The notes under the pieces are model-generated. The model saw nothing but the letters and a program-made list of their open reading frames with translations. It was not told the DNA's origin and searched no databases. A program made the position numbers and the translations under genes. From Lama guanicoe (taxonomy: Eukaryota): a stretch of 64,000 nt of DNA. The stretch is from NCBI GenBank assembly GCA_013239625.1, contig MU054001.1:2920151-2984150 (forward strand), written 5' to 3'. Within the stretch, counting starts at the first letter, position 1, and each line of letters starts with the position of its first letter. Shown one piece after another: positions 12,141 through 24,799 of the stretch.

Positions 12141-13189
12141 GAATGTGAAAAAAGGTTTTTTTTTTCCAACCGAGAAGACATCTACCTGGTTCCAGAGTAT
12201 AGCAACAAAGTGTATGGACTTTCTCCTTGGTTCAGCTTTCTCTACGTGTGAGTATTTGTTGAATTTGTTGTGGTGTCTAGAGCTAAACAGTAGATTGACT
12301 TGGCCACCACCTAGCAGATTTTTATCAGCTGTGGCCCTGTCTGCTGGGGTAATTTTCCTTCCTTCACTGCTTAGGTCTGTGATGCGTTGGGCAGATGGGA
12401 TGCATGTACCTTACTGTCACTGATCGTCCTATCTTCTCTTTATGCATGACTACTACCTGGGCTGATGTATTATTTCCAGTCTTCCATCCCCTTTTATATT
12501 CAGGAATTCTCTAGAAGTTGTAATCTAGGGATGGAGATCAAAGGAGAATCATTCACAGGAGCTGATGAAATATCCCCAAGTCTAGTTGTTTCAACTAGAA
12601 ATACTCATGGAAGTAAAGAGACAGCAGTTTTCTGATTGCTGTCATCCTTGTAGTTCTGAACCAGTGAAAGGAGGCAAAAGTGGGATGAGAGATCTTTCTA
12701 TCCGCGGGTTCTTCAATCCTGTTGTGTTGCCTTTGTGCTAGGAAGAGTTTCTTCTAGATTCTGTCTACAAGTTGTTGTTGGTGGCGTTCTTGCCTTCTGT
12801 CATGTTTCATTCCAACTCAGAGCCAGCAAAAGGCCTGTGGAAGCCTGAACATGTGTGCTGTTGAGTCCTTTGATTTTCACTGAGGCCAGAGAGTTCTTTT
12901 GAGTGGCTAACTGTCTAACCCTTGCAACAGTCTCACAGAGGCCACATTCAGAGGGACTCAGTTGTCCTTAGATCAGAGAATCTCAGAGTTGGACAGGAAG
13001 GTAGCAATTATAGAGCCTAAGTTACTGTCTGGTACTCAAATCCTCTTTACAACATCACGTTCATATGGCCTGTCTCTTTTTGAGCTGCCTTCTGTGACAA
13101 AGCTCACTAGCCATTAGTATGGTGCATTTCACTAACCAAACTGAAATCTGTCCCCTATGTGTGGTCTTCGCAATGAAGGAGAACGTTAT

Positions 13190-13710
13190 TGTACTGGTGA
13201 AGGATCTGTGCAGGAAATAGAAAGCACTCTAGCTATTATAATCAGAGAGATATTTAATAAAGGGACTTAGCCACTTTGATGTTTTTCAGTTGGGTGGTTC
13301 AGAAGTCAGAGTGTTGATACTAGTGTTTTTTAAACTTTTAACTTTTATTGAACTGTAATGTACATATAGAAAATACCATTGATTTTTTTACTTCAGGATC
13401 ACCTGATAGGAAACTGCTTCCCCACAGCTGTCTCGCACCCACAAATATGGCTCCCAGACAATGGAACATAAAACTGGGCAACTGCAAACACAAGTGCCCA
13501 GTGTAGTTTGTCTGTCAGCCAGTGTTGCCAAAGAATGATATTTCTGTCTACCTTCTACCTTTCAAATCTCAGAGAATCCATTCCATTCACAGAACTCAAA
13601 TCACAGAATTCTGACTGCAAGTTGGTCTTGGAAAAGTAATTTTTTGATCTTACCAACCTCATGAGAATGCATGCCAAGGGACAGAAAGCAATATTAAGAA
13701 AGTTATCTAA
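13190..13710 (-). mobile_element. Old MaLR (MLT1-type) LTR
   Basis: Starts TGTACTGG; contains CAGAACTCAAATCACAGAATTCTGACTGCAAGTTGGTCTTGGAAAAGTAATTTTT. Confidence 0.45.
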
Positions 13711-14869
13711 GTGCTGGACGGACAGAGTCTCTTACCAAAATATATTTCTTTTAATATTTTTCATATAATCAACAGCAGTGGGGCTTAAGAGAAAAAGACC
13801 CTTGGTAAGTCATTAGTGTCTTCTGGGTAGGAGAAATGTTTAGCCATTGTAAAACATTAAGGTCCAAGTTCAGAATACTTCTACAGATTTGTGTTAATCA
13901 ATTTTCTGGATCTGATGAGTAAGGTATAACTGCCAGGATCCTGAGATTCAATAAGGAAAGTGGGGGAAGGGACAAGAAAGGAGAATTAAATGGTAATGAG
14001 TACAGAGGTCTTGTTCCTCAAGAAAGGATAGCTCCAATGCTTTACTTTAGGAGTCTTCAAGAAAACAGAGGCAAAAGACTCCAAAGATGGAGTCATCACA
14101 TAGACTGTCAAGAATATTCCTTGATAGTGTGCATATACTTCAGTTTTGTGCCAATAGGCAATGAGAGGCCACAATGAGCGACCCACTGGGACCACACTTG
14201 ACCAGTGGAAAACAGTGAAATTTATGGGACGCCGAGGACCTTTGCCTATTCCCTTTCCATCTCTCTGGAGAGTAGCAGTATGATCAGGAAGTTTATTCAC
14301 TTGTAAACACACCTTATTTTTAACATCTTAGTCATATTCAGCTGAGTTATCATTGCTTATGTTATTCAAATGACTCATTTCCTCTTGCAGCCTGCAAATA
14401 TTAGACATTATCATATCCCATATCTGTCTTATTCTTTGTCTCCCTGAGGACCATTATTTAGTTTATCCAAAAGAAGAGTTTTAGAGGAAAATCTTACCAA
14501 AGGCCAAAAAAAAAAATGCAAGAAAGGAAAAAGCGAATTGCACATGTAGCTTTTTATTTGAAGCCTCAGCACACTAGAAAGGTCCTGTTAGTGTTTGTTG
14601 TAGAATGTAGATGGATGGCAGCAATAAAATCAGATATAGGGAAAAAGCAATCAAATCACTGAGTAGGTCACATTCAAAATACATTATATGGGGCGGGGGC
14701 TCTACCTTAGGGCATATGTTGCTTCCTGCAAAATGCTTCTGAAAAGTATTCGTGTATCCTTCCCTTCAGCCTATATATGCCTGATGTGATACCACCTTTC
14801 AAATCTTTCCCTGTACTCAAACTGTTTTCTTATCGTTCCATGAAATCTTATGCTCACTTAAACATTTTT

Positions 14870-15111
14870 GTCTTTGCTGCTCATAACAGATGCTAGCGAG
14901 GTCCCACCCAGATCCCCTTTATCTGACCAGTAGGCTCGCTCACACTCTACTGAGGTGCCTTCCATCAAGGGACCTCCCATAACCAATGAATGACAGACAT
15001 GGGGTTCAAAAGGCCTGCCCGCTTCCCTTGAAGAAGGAAAATTCCGCAATGCAGCTTATGCGTTAGAATCTGTATTTCATGCTCTCCTTTCAGGGAACAT
15101 GACCTAAGACA
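14870..15111 (+). mobile_element. LTR16-like ERVL LTR fragment
   Basis: 3' terminus CTTTCAGGGAACATGACCTAAGACA. Confidence 0.5.
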
Positions 15112-15559
15112 CTGCTAAAGTAGCTTTTTTTCTTTTTCTGCTTGAAACTATGAGCCCAGGTCTTTTCTGCTTCTCCAAGGTAGTCAAGATCCACCTTAGT
15201 TTCCACTTCCTCCCAGAAACCTCCCTGCACTTTTCAGTTGTAGCTTTTCTCTTCCCTTCTCTGAGCTGCAGTCATTCTCAGGCAGTGATGCTGACTTAAC
15301 TGCTCTCACAAATGCTGTCTTACAGGGTTAGCTGCCAGCTTATCATATATATAAATCGCAAGTCCCTCAGGCTGGACGCTGTTGAGGTGTGCTATGTGAG
15401 GTCAGTATATGGTGTCCTCTAGCTTTGTCCGCAGTAGTTAGTTCCCCAGGGGGCCTTGAGCTTTCAAAATGAACATCCAGAAACTGAGCCATTAGGACAA
15501 AGAGCCCAGGTCTGGGATTAAAAGCAGATACTGTGCATGGGAGACCCTTCTCCATATGG

Positions 15560-15900
15560 ACTGGTCCTTTTAAAAGCAAGCTAGGGGAATCACTTGTCAA
15601 AACAGAATTTTCTTTTTTCCCCAGAGTTTCCCAAGCTATTTTTTAGAAACGTAATTTTCTCTAGGTAAACTGAGATCAAAAGATTCAGTCTTCAAATGAA
15701 TTTGGAGATACATATACTATAGCCAATAAAAATTCCAGACATACATCAAAGGCTCTGAAAAGTCCTAGAAGTTAAAAACAATCTGTCTAATTTTATTTAA
15801 TGTAGCATTTGTCAGTTTTATGTGACCATAGAATTCATGTCATAGCAAGAATTATCCCATGGAATATTCTTCCATGGAAATCCATAGGGACATGCTATGT
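15560..15900. mobile_element. hAT-Charlie-type MITE remnant
   Basis: AAAGGCTCTGAAAAGTCCTAG...TAGCATTTGTCAGTTTTATGTGACCATAGAA; related to 47330-47556. Confidence 0.45.
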
Positions 15901-17249
15901 GTGGTAGGGGTGGGGGTGGGTAGGATGGGGTGGGAGCTAGTAAGGGTCCTGGTCAACTGAGACTATATGAAATTTACATAACCCATCCAAAATTAGTATG
16001 AGGCCAGTCATCTTTTTCTCTTTGATGTTTATCAAGAGGAAAATAATTTGGCTGCAAACAGCATGGGATGTTTCAGCCTTTCTTTCATCCTGTAGATGAG
16101 GCACCTGGCAAGATCTGGATGTGTGGGGATTCAGAGCTTAGGAAACCCCACTCCACCCCCACCACCTACTGTCAGAGACCCTACGGCAACTTGGGATTGA
16201 GATCCTCCTTGAATGGGCAGATGTGCTGCTTCATGACTTATTGAAGGATGCACGTTGGTTTGGTATAAAGTCAACCATGGGAGACAGCAGGTGGGTTGTA
16301 GAAAAAATGGAGTCTTTTTTGTTCCAAGGACCACTGATCCCTAAACTCACTCCTCAAAATGTCATTCCAGGAGTCACATAATTTGTTCCTCACAAGGATC
16401 CCATAGAATCTATAAAACAGGTGTTAGCATTGTCCCCACTTTATAAGTGAGGACTAAAGAAGGCCCAGAGAAAAATCAGGTGTCTCGACTAGGTGATACT
16501 TCGTTCAGTTTTCCATCCATCCATCCATCCACTCAGGAAATATTTATCAAGCACCAACTATCCACGGTGACAATGACCCACAGATGGGTAGTTTCTGCCA
16601 AAGCCTGGTACCTTGCAGCCAGAGAGGAGGGGAGTAGATGTGGAAGCAATCTTTCCTCCTAAATAGAGAGGACTGTATGAGTCAGTCTCTGGAGATGAGA
16701 AGCCTATGATATGTGCATCTTGGTTTCATCTAGAATCGAGACTGTTTGTACATGAGGAGTTGAAAAATTGTAATGTTCCTCCAACAGGTCTGCCTTAACC
16801 CACCATGGAGTTTGGAGATAATGGATGTTGGGCTAATGACAAGCAAACTGCCCTTTTTCCAGACTCCAGATCAAAGGTTCACAAGTTGACTCTCTTGTGG
16901 GCAGCAGATTAACTGTTTCTCCTCTCTTGCTCTTTGTATCTGTGTATATCCTGCCTTGAGTTTAAAAAAAAACAAAACCATTGGGCAGGACTCAGGGTTA
17001 GTAGGGAGCCGTGGGGCCTAAGCCACTGTTTATGACACATGTCATATTTCATGGACCACGTCTGGACCCCACCTGCCTCCTTAATCTCCTTGGAATGCTG
17101 GCACTCCGTCTGTGAGCTCTGTGTTATTCTGATGACTTCAGTGGGTACTGCAGTTTCCAATTTCCTAACCTTTCTATTAAAATTAATATTTAGATTTTAT
17201 AACTTTAAAACTGGAAGAATGATGGAAGCAGTATTTGATGTTTATGTCT

Positions 17250-17640
17250 CTCAGTCACGAAAATGCGCCCAGTCTCACTAATGCTGGGCCACACACATGT
17301 AGTCACAATAAATAGCATTTAACGTGTTTACAGTACGGAGAGGATGAGGAGGACTTCTGTTTTTATACTGATGGGCTCAGCTGGGCTGGGGATACTATTG
17401 TTTACAATGAGCTACATTTTTTGTTGTTCTGATTTACCCTCAAATTAAATCTTTATTTCAGAAACCAACCCCAGGGAGTCCCCGTAACGAGGGAATGTCA
17501 TAAACAGCATTAGGAGAGGGCCCATAGCCGCTGCTCCTTGGTAATTAGTCCAAATGCCTCAATCAGAGTGGTTTTCCAAGTTTTATGGCTGCAGTTTGGT
17601 CACAGGTTTATTTGTAAAGAGCTGGTTTGGCATCTTGCTC
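17250..17640. promoter_or_regulatory. Candidate conserved non-coding element/enhancer
   Basis: Repeat-free; TGATTTAC at 17430-17437, TGTCATAAA at 17496-17504, TTTTATGG, TAATTA, SOX-like ATTGT/ACAAT pair. Confidence 0.4.
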
Positions 17641-18531
17641 AGAGTGGCCTTTGCCCTTTGGGGAGAGGTGCTGGGGGTTTGGCGACGGGGACCACAGGGG
17701 AGTCAGACTCTCAGGACTGCTTGGGGGTGATGCCCATGTTTCTTCTCACCATCTGTTTGCAAAGTAAAAATTGTCCAAATTTAAAGAAACTGGAAAAGGG
17801 AAATAAATATCTGGCCTTGGTTTTGAGGACACGCAAGGGAAGGGAAGGAGGGCCGAGGCTGGGACTGAGTGTGTGGGAGCGTTCCCACCCAGGCGGGGTG
17901 ACTGTCCTGTAAGCCCTCATAGGAGGGGAAGGGTCATTAAGAAGCCCCCGGCGCTCGGGGTGGGGCCTGCAGCCTGCTCAGCGCACCTCCCTGCCCACCC
18001 CGGTCGGTGGGAAGAAGGGAGCCTGGGCCTTAGCGAGGCCTCCACCCCACCCAGAAGTTCCCTTCAGTCTTCCCAGAAAAGGGACCAGAAAGCTCCCAGC
18101 AGCAGGGCCAGCTCTGGGCAGCCTCCCATTTTACCCTCACCGGCAAAGCAAGCCAAAAATGCAGAGCCACAGCTGGTGCCCCAGGGCACAGTACTCCTGC
18201 CGTCCTGCTGTCCCCACGAGGCCCGCTTACTCACTCAGTCTGAACTGAGCACCAGGATAAACGTAGAGATACTAAGCCATCTTATTTTCTGAGTCTGATG
18301 GTGAGACAGGGGCATGGATAGGTAGGAGGCCCCTTACAGCATGAAGGATGGGGTCTGACAGATGCACCTCTGGGTTTAGTGGAAGGAGAATGTGGTTGGA
18401 AAAGTGCACAGCGGGGAGGAGTTCAACTCCACTGGCCCCTCCACACACGAGCAGCCATATTATTTATTTTAAAATAACATTTTGTAAAGCTTATCTCCTA
18501 AGCTGCCTAAGGCATCATCAGTCACTGAGTC

Positions 18532-18740
18532 CAAGGGTCTGCAAACTTCTGGAAGGGCCAGATAGTAAATGTTTTAGCTTCTGTGGGACACACGGTCTCT
18601 GTCATAGTCACTTACCCTGCTGTTAGGGGCAAGCACGCAGAAACCATACCTAAAGGGATGGGCGCAGCCATGTTGCAATAAAACTTTATCTACAAAATCG
18701 GATGGTGGGCAAGATCTGGCCTATAGTTAGCCCACTCGAT
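18532..18740 (+). mobile_element. MER58A hAT-Charlie MITE
   Basis: CAAGGGTCTGCAAACTTCTGGAAGGGCCAGATAGTAAATGTTTTAG...CAATAAAACTTTATCTACAAAA. Confidence 0.85.
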
Positions 18741-19022
18741 TTAATCATGTATTCCCCCTCCTGTGTTAGCTTTACTCTTTCATTAATCTTCCTCCACTAC
18801 CCTTCCTTCCTTCCTTTTCTCCTTCCTCTCTTTCTCCTGTCTTCCTTCTCTCTCTTCATTCCTTCCTTCCTTCCTTTTTGTTCTTTCTTTTAATATGAGC
18901 TGCGCCATACACTGTGAAAGATACTGCGAATCCAGTGAGGAAAGAGACAGACATGGTCCTGTCCCTCATGGAGCTTCCAATAGGGAGTATTAATGAGTAA
19001 GCAAGTCATTAAAATAAAATAC

Positions 19023-19210
19023 TGTAGCTGATGCTAGTTACCAAAAATCCACCTTCATTTCTTTCTCACTATTAGACTTCCAATTTGTTCACTGTGGCAA
19101 TGTCCCAGATTTAAAAAAAAAAAAAAACAAACCACTTTTCTTGCTTCCCTTGTGGCTAGAGGTGGTCATGTGACAAAGTTCTGGCCCAAAACACACAAGC
19201 AGAAGTTTGG
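19023..19210 (+). mobile_element. MLT1-type MaLR LTR 5' fragment
   Basis: CTTCCCTTGTGGCTAGAGGTGGTCATGTGACAAAGTTCTGGCC. Confidence 0.65.
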
Positions 19211-20029
19211 CTATCAGGCAGGTGGCACATTTGGGACATGAGTAAGTTGAAAGTGCTGGTGTATAAGGTGCTGGTGTGGTTATGTAGGTTTGTTGGGGGT
19301 GGGTGGGATATGATAATCAGGACCACAGTCAAAGATTGTATCTTTCAGCAGCTTCAGGAAGACCATTTACTATCTCTCAATAAAGACTTCAATCATCAGT
19401 TGAAATCTTTAGCTGAGACCTCCTTTCCAATTTTGCAAATAGGGAAGATCTCCTAATCTCCTGATTGCTAGTGGATGTCAGCTTTTGGCATGATACTTAA
19501 TTCTCAGAACGTAAGCACACAACTCAAATTCATGTATCGTGGGGGAGGAGTGGGACAGCTTGATGTAGGGGCCGGTGAAATGGAAAACTATACAGAAGAT
19601 TTCTTGAAGGAGTTTAGTCCAGAGAATTCTTCCAGAAAGGAGTGTCTCTCTCTGCATACTTTTGACTGAAGCTAAGTTACACTGCTAAGATGATAGAGAC
19701 ACAGTCACTTTGATTCCTTGACTAAATTATGCCAGCTTTTAAAAATTAGAGCCTTGGCTTACATGCCCAAGATTGATGTACTCTTATCATTCATGTCCCA
19801 TGCTTTTGGTAGCCAGTAATCCTTAGGTACTGCTGACTCTCAAGTCTGTTTTGTCTCCTTTTCCTACCTTCTTTCTTTGTTTGTTGATGTATGGAACACA
19901 CTTTGGCTGCTGAACATTGCCAGGATGCTTTTTTTTTTTTTTTGGCAGAGAATTGTTGCACAGTACCATACCTGGACTGCACTCAGAAGCTTTCTAGGAA
20001 ATTTCGCTGCACTTTGCAGAAGCCCTCAG

Positions 20030-20660
20030 CTTTGGGGTCAGCATTTTGGAAGGGAAAACAATTGATTCCTTCAGCCCTGCTGATGCAATTCCTTTTGATG
20101 TGCATCAAGTGTGTTTTGACACAATCCCCTGAGTCATTGCGGTTTTCAATATTCCTGGGCCTGTAATGAAAGTCAAAGAGAGGGGAATCTTTTCACTTAA
20201 TGTTGATTTCTAATATTGATGGAGCATTACCCCATTTGTGTTTCAGAAGCTTCCCAGGATAGAATTAACCCCTTGGTTCTCAGATTAGGCACATCTCTTG
20301 TAGGTCTGTAACTCTCAAAATCTTAAACTGACGCTGGAGACAAAAGAACTGCTTAGGGAATGCATGTCATTTCTTATGCAGGTAACAATTTTTTTTATCA
20401 TTATCAATTTTATGGTAAATACAACAGCTGTGGAAGAATTTGTGGGCTTTTTTTTTTCTTTTTGGCTATAAGGCATCTTAGAGTGTTTGCCAATTTTCTG
20501 TCTCAAAAAAGGTGTCTTCGCATCTTGATTTAGCCCTGAATAATTCAACAGAATCTCTAATAACAGACTTGCATGTTGCAAAGCCCCAAAACGAGTTGTA
20601 AGCTTAAAGAGGCAGCGAGAAATTCAGCATCACAAACAGAAATCAAAGAATCAAAGCTAG
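20030..20660. promoter_or_regulatory. Candidate conserved non-coding element
   Basis: Repeat-free and AT-rich; TTTTATGG, TAAT cores, TCF-like CTTTTGAT and ATCAAAG (twice near 20640). Confidence 0.35.
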
Positions 20661-21189
20661 GAGGTCTTTAAAGGGTAGGAGTCAGTGCTTCACACATGTT
20701 CTGGATGCTTGTTTTTGCTTACAGTTTCCTTGTTGTTCAGAGAGTGTTGGCTTCTAAAAAGGACAAAGAATGTTCCAGGAGGTTGGCTATTGCTCTTAGT
20801 TCTCTTTTAATGAAAAATTTCCTTCTCATGGTTCCTTCCTTCCTTCTTTCTTTTCTATTTTCCTTCCTTCCCTCCTGCCATCCAACACATAGTTATCAAG
20901 TGCCTACAACTTCCCAGCCGCTGTGTTAGGCCCTGAGAATTCAATGATTAATAGAGACAAACCTAGCCTCTCATCTAGACTGGAGTTCTCTATCTTGTTC
21001 TCTCTTCCAAAGGCCAGATAGTTTTGGTGTTCCTTTGGATTCTGAGATACACCAATGTCTTTCCGAAAAACCCCAAGTCTTTCTACTGTCCCCTGCCATT
21101 TTCCGCTTAATTTTCTTAAGTGGCTTTTATTATTTTATGATTTTTCACCAAAATCATAATGTGTAAATTGGAAATGCTGACATACAAGG

Positions 21190-21990
21190 AATACGGAAAG
21201 GAACTGAGGGTGCATGGTTTGGGGAGATTGTAACTTTGGAAGATGGCTTATATATTGGCCTCATATATTCAAAGGGTTGTCATTAGAGGAGGAATTAAGC
21301 TTAATCTTTATCTTTCCAAGGGGGCAGATCTAAGACTAAATGGCTTAAGGGAACCATAAATTTTCTAACAATCAGAGTAGAAGGAACTGTGCCTGACACT
21401 TTGCCAACTATGTGTATGTGTTCACATATTTTTCTCTGTGTAGGTCATGGCTTCTCAACCTCAGCACTGTTGGCATTTTGGTTCAGATAATGGGGACTTT
21501 GTGGGAGGCCATCCTATGCATTGTAAGATGTTTAGCAGCATCCCTGACTTCTGTTCACTAGATGCCAATAGCACACCCTGGTGTGACAACCAAAAGTATC
21601 TCTAGTCTTTGCCAAATGCCACCTGGGAGGCAACATTGCCCTTAGTTGAGAATGATATATATTATATATGTTATATATATATATATATATTTATATTATA
21701 TATAGTATAAGATACATGTATATACATACTTAGGACGGATAAACAGACAGACAGGTAGATAGATAGATTTATCTGGGATTGAGCTGGGACTCTGGCTTAA
21801 AACCCACAGATTCCCTGGCAAACCATATAGCTTCCCTGGGGTGAAGGGGCTTCTCAGCTCTTGAGTTATTGAAGTGGGACAGCCACATGTCAGGGGGAGT
21901 ATGAGGCAGTATTGCTTCAGGCAGGGGGTTGGACTCTGTGATTTATAAGACCCTCCCCCTTCACTTTCAACTAACAGATTTCATTATTCC
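21190..21990 (+). mobile_element. CR1/L3 LINE 3' remnant interrupted by MER20 and a (TA)n tract
   Basis: AAGGGTTGTCATTAGAGGAGGAATTAAG...TTTTCTAACAATCAGAG at 21.27-21.38 kb; GGGGGTTGGACTCTGTGATTTATAAGACCCT at ~21.93 kb. Confidence 0.55.
21446..21656 (-). mobile_element. MER20 hAT-Charlie MITE
   Basis: TTCTCAACCTCAGCACTGTTGGCATTTTGG...GATGTTTAGCAGCATCCCTGAC...GTGACAACCAAAA...TTGAGAA. Confidence 0.9.
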
Positions 21991-22879
21991 ATAAGAACAG
22001 ATTTGGGTTAATAAAATTGGTGTCAGTTTCTAAGGGAATATACCAAACCAAAGTTATGACAGTGGGCCCCACAGTGCTGTTCGAAATATAATGCAAAATT
22101 CTACAGTGGGATGAGTGGAAATGGTTGAGCTTATTTGAGGTTTAATTGGCAATCAAAATTTGCCTCCTAGTTGCAGAAATGTCATTGTAAAAGCACATCC
22201 AGGGCATTACTTTCTTTGGCTGAAGTTATTAATATGTACTGACTGATGTCAAAATGGGAATTAAATCATAAATGTGCTTCAGGGCCTTGGGCTGGTGACT
22301 TGACAGCTTCTTTAGCCTTGTCACTTAGGAGAGACAGCTCACATGGCCCTGCCTCATTTTTTTGATGATTTCTTAAAGATTTCACTTTATCATCATTTGT
22401 CTACGAGCAGACTTTACTCTCCATCCCATTAGTATTACCTCCACCATGGCGCAACCAGAATAGAGTTGTTACCTACAGAGCACCCCTGGATGGATTTTAT
22501 ATGTGAGTGAAACAATGGGGTTGTACACTCTATAAATAAAACAAAACAAAATAAAATGTTCCCAATTAGTGCTATTTACAGACATGGAACACCATGGCTG
22601 CTGATCGGGGGTGTATGTTCCTTTCCCAAGGGAGTCCCAAAACTCCTAGCACCCGCTCACAGGCATAAAAAAAGCATGGTCTTTCTCATTTCCAAGTTAA
22701 TCCAATTTGAGTGTGGGTTGAGAGGGACCAGAGCTTCCCGAAGGGCCTGGCAGAACCGGGCAGCTCAGCATCATTACCAGACCACACACGTTAGGTTTAA
22801 TAGCCAGACTCTGCCCTGGGCCAGAGAGGAGAAAAATCGATGAATTAAAAGTTCCGCAGGAACAGCCACCCTCTTCCTC

Positions 22880-23490
22880 CACACCATGGAGGCTTTCGTT
22901 CCAAGTCCATCATCTCTCACCTGAGGTTCAAGTCACCTAAAGGGTGTCACGGAGTCTAGATGAAGCTGGTTCCAACCTGCTCCCCATACTGTGGGTGAAG
23001 TGATCTCCTTAAGTCCCAAAATGATCGTGTCGTTTCCTTCACTTAAAAACTATTTTGGTTGTTCTGTGCTTAAAGGATAAAATTCAAAATCCAAATGATT
23101 AGGATAAATGACCCTTCAAACCTTCACATCACCCTTCAGGCCCAGCCTCAGCCATATGAGCCATCCTGTCCTCAAGTGGTAGTAAGATGCGTGTGGCTCT
23201 GGCCCCATGCCACACTTTCTGGTGATGGCCCTATTTCTTTTGTGACCCATCTCAAATGTCCCCTTTCCTGTGAAGGCTTCTTCATGTCCCTGGTGTGAAC
23301 ACATTTTCACTCTCCAGAGGTTCCCTCAACACAATATATTCAACTTATCATGAATATTCCAATTTCATCTAATTATATTGTTTGTTTATCTATTTATAAA
23401 TCTTTTTTTCCCTCTAGCCCTGATAAGTATAGTCCCCCTCAATGCCTAGAATGTAAATAGCTGCTCATTAAAATGTTTTGAAAAGAATGC
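22880..23490 (+). mobile_element. L2 LINE 3' fragment
   Basis: CCATCATCTCTCACCTG, TCTCAAATGTCCCCTTTCCTGTGAAGGCTTC, terminal GCTCATTAAAATGTTTTGAAAAGAATG. Confidence 0.7.
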
Positions 23491-23579
23491 GTAAAGACAC
23501 AATTGACTGTAAATGTGAATAAACAAGTAGGTTCTCCCTGTTTCCTAATCATTCCTTAGAATAAATTGAAATTGTCATT

Positions 23580-23810
23580 ATAGCATACAGTAGTGATAGA
23601 GAGAACAGATTCTGGACTGAATCCTAGCTTCAGTACTTGCTTACCATATGACCTTGCAAATTACTTTCCTGCTGTCAGCCCTCAACTATTTTACCTGTAG
23701 AATGGGGATAATAATAGCACCTGCCTTTTACGGTTGTTGTGAGGATGAAATATATCAGCATATTTAAAGTACTTAGAACTTCGCCAGCGATAAGTACTAT
23801 CTATGTTAGC
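23580..23810 (+). mobile_element. MIR SINE
   Basis: ACCATATGACCTTGCAAATTACTT...TGTAGAATGGGGATAATAATAGCACCTGCC. Confidence 0.8.
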
Positions 23811-23857
23811 ATGAACTGTTTTTGGAGATACCAACTCTTCCCAGAATCTCTCTGATG

Positions 23858-23980
23858 TAAGGGTTCTTCACCTTATACAGTGAAATCATCAGGAATGATT
23901 TTTTTTTTTAAAATACAGATGCTGGGGCCCCACCCCAAGCCAACTGAATCAGAATCTCTGGGGCGAGGCCCAGGCATGAA
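23858..23980. mobile_element. MER5A MITE fragment
   Basis: AAAATACAGATGCTGGGGCCCCACCCCAAGCCAACTGAATCAGAATCTCTGGGG. Confidence 0.8.
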
Positions 23981-23984
23981 TTCA

Positions 23985-24410
23985 CTATCATATAATTTAA
24001 CGAAGAAGCTTTAACGAAGTGTTTGTTTCCAGAGGAGAGAGTCGGATTAAACAATCAGACAGGGCTCATGAGGCCACAGTGAGAAGCCACTAGCACTGCT
24101 GAGCTGGAGGAAGGAGAGGAACAGTGTCACTGGAGCCAGGAAGAGCTGGAACCCTGGAGGACGGGCTGCCCGAGGGGATCGTGGTCTCTCACTGTGGCTC
24201 AGTCTCAAGGAGCACCACGTGGGAAAGAAACACCTGACCTCTTTCCCTTCCTGCCTTTCCATCTCCAGCTGGTGCCTCCCCCATGCAGAATCCAGCGGTA
24301 ATCCAGCTGGCAAGGGAGCAGAGAGACCCAGTCATCAGAAGTCAGCATCCTTGGGCACAGACCAGGGCGAGAAGGGCATGGAGTGGGTTTGATGCACAGT
24401 GAGGAATAAG
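23985..24410 (-). mobile_element. LTR33-like ERVL LTR
   Basis: CCTTTCCATCTCCAGCTGGTGCCTCCCCCATGCAGAATCCAGC...GGCAAGGGAGC...GGGCACAGACCAGGG. Confidence 0.65.
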
Positions 24411-24799
24411 ACCCGTGCTATGGAGGAGGCATCCCCATCGGCCTTCTCTTCAGCTCCTCCAGCTGCCAGTGAAGCAAGCCATTCACGGCCAGAAAGCACA
24501 CAGATGGCTCACCTACACAACAGTTCTCAGGAGATGCTTCCTACTGCAGTCCCTTCTCTGGGACACCAGGGACTGGAGAAAATGGTTTGTAGGATGTACC
24601 CAGGCCATATAAACCAGACTGTTTTTGTCCAAGATCCCAGTGGGCTTTCTTTCTGGGAGTTGCCTCAGTCGGTGGGAGTTTGTAATGCACCCAGTTCAGT
24701 TGGGAAAGAGGCACACACAGCTCTTGCCTTTTAGTTTTTATCCAAGAAAGTGTACCAGAAGAGACCCCTGAGATTTCCACCATATGTCAGATCATATGA

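Noticed and set aside
12581..12599. Short hairpins TCTAGTTG-TTT-CAACTAGA and CCATGGAA-TATTC-TTCCATGG (~15857-15877)
   Set aside because: 8-bp arms are expected by chance in 64 kb and are too short for a pre-miRNA.
17900..18240. CpG island/promoter (also 45680-45790 and 61370-61460)
   Set aside because: GC-rich patches are short with modest CpG density and no associated first exon.
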